From assembly GCA_943788005.1 (NCBI GenBank), contig CALSOP010000003.1, positions 68,690-132,689 on the forward strand: a DNA stretch of 64,000 nt, in the 5' to 3' direction. Positions 53,483-61,649 of the stretch are shown here, in pieces (position 1 is the first letter of the stretch; the number at the start of each line of letters is the position of its first letter). Source of the stretch: an uncultured Gammaproteobacteria bacterium (lineage in GTDB: Bacteria > Pseudomonadota > Gammaproteobacteria > Eutrophobiales > Eutrophobiaceae). The position numbers and the translations under genes are program-made. The notes below the pieces were generated by a model. That model was given only the letters and a program-made list of their open reading frames with translations, was not told the DNA's origin and ran no database searches.

Positions 53483-54760
53483 ATGCAAATTCACCTAAAA
53501 ACACTAGGCTGCCGTCTAAATGAAGCAGAGATTGAATCCTGGGCCGAAGGCTTTCAGGAGAATGGCCATAGTGTGACTCAAAATGCTGACGAAGCAGACG
53601 TCTTGGTCGTTAATACCTGTGCCGTGACTCAAGAGGCGGTGAAAAAATCACGACAAATTATAAGACGAACACACCGTAATAATCCGCGAGCAAAACTTGT
53701 CGTCAGCGGTTGTTACGCAAGCCTTGAGGAAAAGATTCAGGATGATATCCCGGGAATTGATCTTCTCATTAAGAATCAGCAAAAAGATCAATTGGTCGAA
53801 ATAGCATTAAGTGAATTGAATAGTATAGCTATGCCCGCTTTGTCCACTGAACCCGGTGCAGCAAGTATTTTTAAACGAGGAAGAAACAGAGCCTTTATCA
53901 AAATTCAGGATGGTTGCCGTTATCGCTGCACATTTTGTATCGTTACAGTCGCTAGAGGTGATGAACGCAGTCGTTCAGTAAAAGATATTATTCATGACAT
54001 TAATCAATACCATCAACAAGGCATACAAGAAATTATCCTTACCGGTGTGCATGTAGGTGGATATGGCAGTGATATCAATTCAAATCTTTACGAGTTAATT
54101 AAATCGGTTCTTTCTGAGACGGAAATTCCCCGTATTCGGCTTGGGTCAGTCGAGCCTTGGGACTTACCTGAAAATTTCTTTTCGCTATTCTCAAATAGGC
54201 GTTTGATGCCACATTTACATCTTCCCTTGCAAAGCGGGAGCAATAGTGTTTTAAAACGGATGGCTAGACGCTGTAAAACGGATGATTTTAAAGATTTGAT
54301 ACTACGAGCAAGAAACGAGATACCAAACTTTAATTTGACGACTGACATTATTGTAGGCTTTCCAGGAGAAACCGATGAAGAGTGGCAAGACTCTATTAAA
54401 TTTATAGAAGAATCTCTGTTTTCACACATTCACATCTTCACTTATTCCAAACGTGGAGGTACAAAGGCCGCATCATTTGCCAATCAAGTCAGTTCTGAAA
54501 TAAAGAAAGAACGTAGCCGGCAACTTCATATATTGGCAAAATCTATGCGTCAATTCTGTTTGCATGAACAGATCAATAAGTCGCATTCTGTTCTTTGGGA
54601 GACACGTAATGACAATAATGCCTGGTCAGGCTATACAGATAACTTTATTCGTGTTGAATCAAAATATGCTTATGATTTAAATTTAGAAAATAATATTTCA
54701 GAGGTAATGGTTACTGACATAGCTCCAGATGCAAGTCATTGCATTGCTGAGCTAATATAA
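53483..54760 (+). CDS. mtaB: radical-SAM methylthiotransferase, MtaB-like
   Basis: N-terminal UPF0004 cysteines (TLGCRLNEAE…NTCAVT…SGCY), a radical-SAM CRYRCTFC motif, and a C-terminal TRAM-like region. Confidence 0.8.
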   Translation: MQIHLKTLGCRLNEAEIESWAEGFQENGHSVTQNADEADVLVVNTCAVTQEAVKKSRQIIRRTHRNNPRAKLVVSGCYASLEEKIQDDIPGIDLLIKNQQKDQLVEIALSELNSIAMPALSTEPGAASIFKRGRNRAFIKIQDGCRYRCTFCIVTVARGDERSRSVKDIIHDINQYHQQGIQEIILTGVHVGGYGSDINSNLYELIKSVLSETEIPRIRLGSVEPWDLPENFFSLFSNRRLMPHLHLPLQSGSNSVLKRMARRCKTDDFKDLILRARNEIPNFNLTTDIIVGFPGETDEEWQDSIKFIEESLFSHIHIFTYSKRGGTKAASFANQVSSEIKKERSRQLHILAKSMRQFCLHEQINKSHSVLWETRNDNNAWSGYTDNFIRVESKYAYDLNLENNISEVMVTDIAPDASHCIAELI

Positions 54761-54767
54761 ATCCTGG

Positions 54768-55313
54768 TCACTTAACCGTTTCACTACCCTTTTTGTTTTC
54801 TTCTATAAATTCGCTTACTTGTTCGATTGAACTCTCGGCAAATTTAATCTTTACTATCTCATCTTGAATCTCTTTAACACTTGCGAAAGCGCCCAACATA
54901 TCCGGGTTTTTTATCAACTTATGTGAACTCAGCATTATCTCACTCATTTTCTTAGCGGTTTCTGGTGCAAACTTTTGACCCCACATATCATGTTTTAAGC
55001 GAGAGAGTCGACGTTTTAGATTTTTTCGTTCTTTTTCAAGAATTTCATATTCAGCTGTCATCAACTTTATTTTTTCATCATCGCTCGGCGCATTAAGATC
55101 TGCCGATAAAATAGCGTCTCTATTAGTAGCGTCTTCTGTACTTTCACCCTGTTCTGTATTGTCTTGTTTTGATGACAACTTGCGTTCACTCGCTTGGTTT
55201 GATGGCCAGAACAAATTCGCTATAAAAATTATCAGTATGGCAATCACCAAACCTACCATCGCTTTCATGTACTTTTCCTCATTAATTTCATGCGCTATTT
55301 TGACACAGTTCAC
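54768..55313 (-). CDS. hypothetical membrane-anchored coiled-coil protein
   Basis: The probable start is the internal MKAMVGLVIAILIIFIANLF (TM). Charged helical segment EKIKLMTAEYEILEKERKNLKRRLSRLKHD. No family recognised. Confidence 0.4.
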   Translation of the reverse strand: MNCVKIAHEINEEKYMKAMVGLVIAILIIFIANLFWPSNQASERKLSSKQDNTEQGESTEDATNRDAILSADLNAPSDDEKIKLMTAEYEILEKERKNLKRRLSRLKHDMWGQKFAPETAKKMSEIMLSSHKLIKNPDMLGAFASVKEIQDEIVKIKFAESSIEQVSEFIEENKKGSETVK

Positions 55314-55417
55314 AATCTCTTGTGAAAGATCGTGAACAGTTCATGTTTTTGTCAACGACTTCATCTATAGCGCGTTAGTTGTTGTAAGTTCTAACTTAAT
55401 AACAACGAGGATCTTGC

Positions 55418-55591
55418 TATGGAGCTATCTATCTACATTAAAAGACGTCTATTTGGCGATATTATTTTGCTGCTTGTTATATCAGGCACAATTTATTTGA
55501 TTGTCGATACATGGAATAAAATCACATTACCAGATGAACCAACTGTAGAAATGTTCTTAATCGACGAAAATTCAGACATTGAATTAGGTTA
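55418..55591 (+). CDS. possible 57-aa small membrane protein (not in ORF track)
   Basis: ATG preceded by GAGGA (55406-55410). MELSIYIKRRLFGDIILLLVISGTIYLIV… has one TM helix. No homology evidence available. Confidence 0.25.
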
Positions 55592-55805
55592 AAAAGCTAG
55601 ATTGAGTGAATTTAATAAACTCTCATATAAATAACATAATATCATATATTTCAATAGGTTAAGAGATATTAATAAATTTAGTTTTTAATGTTATTACGAG
55701 ATAACATCTATAAACACTTGATATTTTTAAATTTTTTACTTGATTTATAGTTAATTATGTCATAAAACTACACTCTATAAGTACTTGATTCATTGGGAGA
55801 TCATC

Positions 55806-56321
55806 ATGTTAGCTGATGTAAGTCTAAGCCGTACTTCTTATCAGCCCGGAGTTGGGTCTGTTCCACCGCCCATGTCATCCGGCCAGTCGATAAATTTTGA
55901 GAATGAATTACTAGTAGGATTTATCAAACACCCTGATCGTTTTCCTCTTCAATTTAGACGTTTACGTTTTTGGGAACGATCAAAAGTAGAAGACTCGCAA
56001 TCATCAAATATTGGTCTGACCTTCTCATCAAATGAGTACCAAAAACCAGGCAGCATTATTGAAGTAACGATACCTACGCGTAAAGAAACACATCGCTTTT
56101 TAGGCAAGACAGTCATGGTCAAGGAAACTGATAATAATTTTGAGATAGGGATATGGCTGTTGGATGCTGAAGACAGTCCAAAATTAAGAATCGTTGAACA
56201 AATATGTCATATCGAACTCTATTTAAATGACAAACGTTATAAAGAAGGTCCCTTCTTAAGCAGAGAAAAGTTAACCGAAGAATGGATTAGCCGCTATGCC
56301 AGCAGCTTTCCAATAAATTAA
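55806..56321 (+). CDS. hypothetical protein, possibly a PilZ-like beta-barrel
   Basis: Start moved to the ATG 5 nt after GGGAGA (the track begins at TTG 55785). The segment FRRLRFWER…GSIIEVTIP…FLGKTVMVKETDNNFEIGIWL is reminiscent of PilZ-type barrels, but the canonical RxxxR / DxSxxG motifs are not clear. Confidence 0.4.
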   Translation: MLADVSLSRTSYQPGVGSVPPPMSSGQSINFENELLVGFIKHPDRFPLQFRRLRFWERSKVEDSQSSNIGLTFSSNEYQKPGSIIEVTIPTRKETHRFLGKTVMVKETDNNFEIGIWLLDAEDSPKLRIVEQICHIELYLNDKRYKEGPFLSREKLTEEWISRYASSFPIN

Positions 56322-56345
56322 TAATAAAAGAACCGGAGATATAAT

Positions 56346-56486
56346 ATGAACTATATAAGGACGTCGTCAGGATCAATGATGGCAATTAATACTAAATCCA
56401 CTGCGAGCATTGCTGTTAATAAGCAAAAGATAATCGCTAAACAAAGTAAAAAATTAAAAAAAGATTCGCCATCCTATCAAAAATAA
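56346..56486 (+). CDS. possible 46-aa basic small protein (not in ORF track)
   Basis: ATG 5 nt after GGAGAT. MNYIRTSSGSMMAINTKSTASIAVNKQKIIAKQSKKLKKDSPSYQK. Immediately downstream of the preceding gene. Confidence 0.25.
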   Translation: MNYIRTSSGSMMAINTKSTASIAVNKQKIIAKQSKKLKKDSPSYQK

Positions 56487-56520
56487 ATCATTATTTTTCA
56501 CCCAACAATTGGCGAAATAA

Positions 56521-57162
56521 TTATTGGCCAGAACAACTAACGCCAGTGCCACCTAGACCACAATAACCTGCTGGATTTTTTGCTAGATACTGTTGATGGT
56601 ATGTCTCTGCATAATAAAATTCTGGCGCATCAATTATTTCAGTCGTAATTGAAGAAAAACCTGCTGTTTCAAGTTTAACTTGATAATCATCTCGCAAAGA
56701 TTGTGCTATTTCTTTTTGTTGTTCATTAAAAACATAAATTCCTGAACGGTACTGTGTGCCAGCATCATTCCCCTGTCGCATACCTTGTGTTGGATTGTGG
56801 GATTCCCAAAAGACACTTAATAGCTCTTTGAAATTAATTTCCTGCGGAATATAGTTCACAAGCACAACTTCATTATGCCCTGTCATGCCACTACAGACTT
56901 CTTCATAGCTCGGATTTGGTGTAAGTCCGCCGGCATAACCAACAGCGGTTGAATAAACACCCTCTAATTCCCAGAATTTTCTTTCAGCCCCCCAAAAACA
57001 CCCAAGCCCGAATAAGGCTTGTTCTATACTTGCAGGAAATGGTGGTTTAATCGTATTGCCGTTAACAAAATGTCGACTATCAACGACCATCGATGTCTGA
57101 CGTCCAGGTAATGCAGCATCATCACTGGGGAATTGTGATTTATTATTTAATCCAAATATCAT
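56521..57162 (-). CDS. msrA: peptide-methionine (S)-S-oxide reductase
   Basis: Active site [14 protein letters not shown], and HDPT-like HNPTQ. Confidence 0.92.
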   Translation of the reverse strand: MIFGLNNKSQFPSDDAALPGRQTSMVVDSRHFVNGNTIKPPFPASIEQALFGLGCFWGAERKFWELEGVYSTAVGYAGGLTPNPSYEEVCSGMTGHNEVVLVNYIPQEINFKELLSVFWESHNPTQGMRQGNDAGTQYRSGIYVFNEQQKEIAQSLRDDYQVKLETAGFSSITTEIIDAPEFYYAETYHQQYLAKNPAGYCGLGGTGVSCSGQ

Positions 57163-57202
57163 GCTTTGCTCTGATTAAAGTTTAAGTCCGGAGTTCAATA
57201 GA

Positions 57203-57957
57203 CTAACGCGATAATAATTGAGTCGGCTCATCGCTTATATCACTCTTAAAACAATCCAGATAAGAAACAAACACACTAGCGCTAAGAACTGGAAGCAACA
57301 CCAAATAGCCGAGCATGAGTGGAATAGAAGCTATAATTACCAAGATAAAAACAATATACCGTACAAGGCAAACGGTAAAATATTCTTTAGACAAGCATTA
57401 AAACTTAATAGCATCGCCGAAAGTGCCATTTCTTCACTGGATATGATAATAGTCGGAGCAAACCAAATCGCCATAATACAAGGTGTGAATAGTGTTGCCC
57501 CTATTAATGTAAGCAGCATAATGTCAGTCGCATAAGCAGAGACATCTTCAATTTGTGCTTGCTCAATTTCTTGAAAAAATTCGAATCCGCCTAACATCAC
57601 AAAAGCGAGGACACCTAACAGAATGATAGCCGCAAAAGTAAGGAGAGTATAAAACAGACCAAGCATGGCCAGACGTTTGAAATAAGGCTCTTTGAAACCG
57701 GCAAACATATGCTGAAACTCGAAAGAACCGCCCTCTTTATGAGCAATACACCCGAGCATAAAACCACCAACAACAACAGGGTAGAAAATATTTAGTACTA
57801 TACCCCCCAGAGGAATAATGCCGACGACCATAGAGAGTATAAAGAACACAACCATCGCACCAATCCAACCTAGTGGGTTACGTGCAAAATAGGGCCATGC
57901 TTCTGCGATCCACGCATACCCCCTGCCAAAACTCGTAGACTGTACATACAAGCTCAT
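57203..57957 (-). pseudogene. multi-pass membrane protein (BPSS1780/YciC-like by memory), single frame break at homopolymer
   Basis: ORFs 57337..57957 and 57203..57394 join as …ACLKNILPFALYGILFL|ILVIIASIPLMLGYLVLLPVLSASVFVSYLDCF… across the A5/T5 run at 57338-57342. Confidence 0.5.
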
Positions 57958-58062
57958 AACACTCCTCCTCAGTTAGATAATTATCTTGAACTGTCTATTT
58001 ACACTAAATATGCTTAGTTCAGGATATCGCATTTGTTCAATAGATTCTGTTAAGTTTATCCT

Positions 58063-58785
58063 ATGATTTTCCTGCTCCTATTCATTTTTGGGCTTATTGC
58101 ATGGTTTTTTAGTACCATCGCAGCTGGTGGCGCGGCCACTTTGCTAATTCCGATCATCTCGTTCTTAATTGGCGCGCAAATGGTCGCACCGATCATCTCA
58201 ATTGCTGCATTAATCGCAAATCCGTCTCGTGCGCTAATATTTCGAAAAAATATTGATTGGCAAGTAATACGCTTTTTACTGCCAGGCAGCATTATTGGCG
58301 CAGTAGTTGGCTCTTGGTCTTTGTCGCAAAGCAATATCCAGGTTATCCAGATTTTGCTAGGTCTGTTCTTAATTTCCTACGTCTTGCAGGATAGGTTCAG
58401 CAAAGTGAAGTTAACCATGAAAATGAAATTACTCTGGTTTTTCCCCTTAGGACTAATTGTGTCCTTTCTATCAGGCTTGGTTGGCGCTACTGGACCAGTA
58501 CATAACCCCTTTATGCTCAGTTATGGTCTGGAAAAAGAAGATCTTGTAGGTACAAAGGCAATAAATTCACTGGTAATGCAGCTCACTAAGCTGGTCAGCT
58601 ATGGTGCGTTTGGTGCGCTCAGTGTAGAAATTGCAGGTTTTGGTGTTGCTCTTGGACTTGGCGCCCTAGTAGGTGTGATTTTGGCTAGAAAACAGTTAAA
58701 CAGGGTTGATAGCCAACGATTCAAACAATATACCCTGATTTTAATGTTTATTAGCGGCATAGCCATGCTCTATAAAGCAATCTAA
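58063..58785 (+). CDS. TauE/SafE family sulfite/anion exporter
   Basis: 240 aa, ~7-8 TM, with duplicated G-rich helices (STIAAGGAATLLIPI…; LVGATGPV…). Confidence 0.75.
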   Translation: MIFLLLFIFGLIAWFFSTIAAGGAATLLIPIISFLIGAQMVAPIISIAALIANPSRALIFRKNIDWQVIRFLLPGSIIGAVVGSWSLSQSNIQVIQILLGLFLISYVLQDRFSKVKLTMKMKLLWFFPLGLIVSFLSGLVGATGPVHNPFMLSYGLEKEDLVGTKAINSLVMQLTKLVSYGAFGALSVEIAGFGVALGLGALVGVILARKQLNRVDSQRFKQYTLILMFISGIAMLYKAI

Positions 58786-58932
58786 ATGTCCTCTTTTGTA
58801 AATTCATATTATATGCAAACCATTGAAAATTAAATGTATATCAATATATTGCCAATATTATTATTGCAGCGCACCAAATATTAGTCTACAATACGCTCTA
58901 AATTCATTGTCCATTGCATTTAAGAGGTAAAC

Positions 58933-59751
58933 ATGGAAATCAAAGATAGAGTTGCATTAGTTACTGGTGGCGCGAGTGGCATTGGCCGTGCTGTCTCATT
59001 TGAATTGGCAAAACGTGGCGTTAAAGCAATCGCCATGGTTGATATAACGCCTGATATTGAAATTGCCGCAGAACAAGTCAATAGCGAAGTCGATGCCAAG
59101 ATTGCTATCCCTTTCCAGGGTGATGTCACGGATGAGAAATTTCGTGAAGAAGTCTATCGCCACGATGACAAAAGACTATGGCATGGTCAGTATCTGTGTC
59201 CCCGCGGCAGGTATTACACGTGATTCACTTGCTGTTAAAGTCGACAAAGAGACAAAGAAAGCAAGCATATACCCTATTGAAAATTTCAAAAAAGTGGTCG
59301 ATGTTAATCTTATCGCGCCAGTTTATTGGGGCAATGGAGATGATCGCCAATATTGCAGAAGATCGCGCTCAAGCGTGGTCTAAAGAAATGGAATCCGGAT
59401 GAAGGTGTGCAAGGTACAGTCGTATTCATCGGTTCAATCTCTTCACAGGGCAACAAAGGACAAGTCTCTTATGCCTCAACCAAAGCAGGTATTGAAGGCG
59501 CATCAGCAACATTGACTAAGGAAGCCATCTTCCATGGTGTTCGGTGTGGTGTTATTCATCCTGGCTTCACCGATACACCTATGGTGAGAGCAATGGGCGA
59601 AGAATATATCGAAAATACTGTGCTACCGGACAACTCAGTTAGGCCGTTTAATCAGACCTACTGAAATCGCTGACGCTATTTGTTTTATGATCCACAACTC
59701 TGCAGTAAGTGGTCGTTGTGGGCTGACGCAGGTTGGCATCCATCTCCTTAA
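58933..59751 (+). pseudogene. short-chain dehydrogenase/reductase (SDR), at least 5 frame breaks
   Basis: The cofactor motif VALVTGGASGIGRA, the catalytic S…YASTKAG, HPGFTDTPM and the C-terminal …LWADAGWHPSP are spread over four overlapping track ORFs plus an unlisted terminal frame. Breaks lie near 59155, the G-run 59328-59331, ~59378, ~59628 and ~59715. Confidence 0.8.
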
Positions 59752-59763
59752 ATAGCATTTTAA

Positions 59764-59794
59764 AATAGCCCTACTTAGTTTGAGTAGGGCTATT
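59764..59794. terminator. 12-bp perfect hairpin between the convergent SDR and TraR-like genes
   Basis: aatagccctact-tagtttg-agtagggctatt. Overlaps the TraR-like stop codon. Flanking A/T runs are weak. Confidence 0.5.
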
Positions 59795-60137
59795 CTCTAT
59801 TCGTAGCACAACTAATACAAAGCAAGGTAGACGGATCAAACTTCAATCGTGCTGTCGAGATTGGCTCATCACATTCCAGACAATTTCCAAAGTGACCATT
59901 ATTAATTCGTTCCAAAGCGGCATTAATTCTCTACGCCTCACCCTCTCTCCTGCGCTTCGTCTCTATCGACATAGCCTGTGCTTGCATTGCATCCATTCTC
60001 GAAAGTCGGCCAACTCTAGTTTGATCCAACTCAACTGGTTTAGCTGCAGCATCCCCTGTCTCAGCAAGATCATTTAATTCTCAAAGTCTTTCAGCAAGTC
60101 GTTCCCTGAAGAAATGAATATCTAAATTTTGTTCCAT
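59790..60137 (-). pseudogene. TraR/DksA-family C4 zinc-finger protein interrupted by two in-frame stop codons
   Basis: Own translation of a single minus-strand frame: MEQNLDIHFFRERLAERL*ELNDLAETGDAAAKPVELDQTRVGRLSRMDAMQAQAMSIETKRRREGEA*RINAALERINNGHFGNCLECDEPISTARLKFDPSTLLCISCATNRE. The family signature is LDQ..VGRLSRMDAMQ plus CxxC…CxxC. The stops are TGA at 60083-60081 and TAG at 59933-59931. Not in the ORF track. Confidence 0.8.
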
Positions 60138-60162
60138 TATTAGGCTAATTCAATTAATAGCG

Positions 60163-60528
60163 TTATGGACAGGCTTCATCGCTATAATCAGTTAATTTAA
60201 TTTGTTTTAAATCTGGATATGCTTCATCACGAAAATAGGCCCAATTTTCCTGATGCAAAGAATCAAAAGTTCCACCATTTTTTACATCGACAAAAACCCA
60301 TCGTTTTAGATCGCTATCAATAGACTTATGTTTGATACAAGCAAGAATCCATTTTGCACTGAACCCCATTTTTAAAATTGAGGCTTCAATCATGGTAATA
60401 TTCTCACGATTAATCACATAATATTCGCCAGATTCGTTCTGCTTTAAGACATGATGTCCAGGTAAATCCTGGGCAAACAATTGACAAGAAATACACATTG
60501 TAAAAAATATCACCAAAATTCTATTCAT
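60163..60528 (-). CDS. hypothetical secreted protein
   Basis: Signal peptide MNRILVIFFTMCISCQLFA. No family recognised. Confidence 0.4.
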   Translation of the reverse strand: MNRILVIFFTMCISCQLFAQDLPGHHVLKQNESGEYYVINRENITMIEASILKMGFSAKWILACIKHKSIDSDLKRWVFVDVKNGGTFDSLHQENWAYFRDEAYPDLKQIKLTDYSDEACP

Positions 60529-60824
60529 ACCTGCTTAAACCTTTATTTTAGAAAAATTAAAATAGTCCGTTATATTGTAAAATCATTATTTAGTGTCAAT
60601 GCAATCCTACATAAATTCATCTTAATGAACTACTATAAAAATAACCCTCAGAATGACAACACTTGAGTGTACTGAATCAGATTGTCGAAATAAAATAAAG
60701 TCTATTTTGCTTTAAGAAATAATGAAATCTATTTTATGAGTCTACTTTTGTGATAATCCATGCATATAATCAAAACCAACTTGAAAATAAACGGTTATTA
60801 TCGATATTTATGTAAAATGAGACT

Positions 60825-60841
60825 TGGCACTTAAATTTGCA
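60825..60841 (+). promoter_or_regulatory. sigma-54-like -24/-12 element with one extra spacer base
   Basis: TGGCACttaaatTTGCA lies ~90 nt upstream of the 60928 gene. GG-to-GC spacing is 11 nt rather than the canonical 10, and the spacer contains A3 and T3 runs. Confidence 0.3.
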
Positions 60842-60927
60842 ATGAATAATCTTTGCCATTAGTTGCTGTATCTCCTAAGATTTCTACTTATTATCTAGGA
60901 ACTTAAAGAAGGTTATGACTGTAGAAA

Positions 60928-61555
60928 GTGATATCAAGAAAACCTCGTCCACGCTTATTGGGTGAATATTTGTCATGTTCTCGCGGTTCAATCAGAATTG
61001 CCATGCAAAAAAAACGTGATGCCAAAGTCGAGGGGATGAATCAGAAACGGATTGGAGAACTATTAATTGATCTGGACATGATTTCACGAAGAAGACTTGC
61101 GAAATGCATTACGTCAACAACGTGCAGATAGACTTGGCTTGTGCCCGGTATTCGAGTCACTTAATCGAACAGAATTAATCTGGAATTGGTAATCATTTTT
61201 CTGAAGTCAGTTTAGTCTTCCGATCAACAATTTATCTTCGAAGGTGAAAACGATCCATCGTTATACATTCTTGTCGAAGGGAAACTGGAAGTCTTCACAA
61301 AAGACAATGATGGTAATGAAATTCATATCGCCTTTGTCAGCCCAGTAGAACCCATTGGTGAAATGGGCTATTTCCAGGGATGGCATTAGAACAGCCTCTG
61401 TCAGGGCAGTCGTTCCAACTGAGTTGTTATCAGCTGCATATAAGAATCTCACTCATTATTTCGAGCATGTTCCACATGTCGCACATGCATTCATGGATGT
61501 AATCAGTCGTCGTCAAGCCGAAACAAATAAACGATTGAAAGATGCTGAAAACTAA
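60928..61555 (+). pseudogene. MshEN/T2SSE_N-like repeat + cyclic-nucleotide-binding domain protein, at least 4 frame breaks
   Basis: Reconstructed by frame switching: LLGEYL…AMQKK and RIGELLIDLDMIS|EEDLRNALRQQRADRLGLCPVFESLNRTELI…|DQQFIFEGENDPSLYILVEGKLEVFTKDNDGNEIHIAFVSPVEPIGEMGYFQ|DGIRTASVRAVVPTELL… This includes the cNMP-binding beta-roll motif GE…R(T/S)A. Confidence 0.6.
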
Positions 61556-61649
61556 TATCACGAATCATTAATAATCTCATATTTAACAACGGCTGCAATA
61601 AAAACAACTTCACTTTAAATAATATTTTCAAATACATATTGAAAAAATA

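Noticed and set aside
59892-60077. 61-aa plus-strand ORF
   Set aside because: It is antisense to the clearly recognisable TraR/DksA-like reading frame and has no motif of its own.
59931-60083. Alternative genetic code (TGA or TAG as sense) to explain the in-frame stops in the TraR-like gene
   Set aside because: Under the standard code, the conserved proteins across the window end where expected for their families, and TGA and TAG both occur as normal gene terminators here (for example lpxB ends in TGA and ndh in TAG). A recoded genome is therefore not supported.
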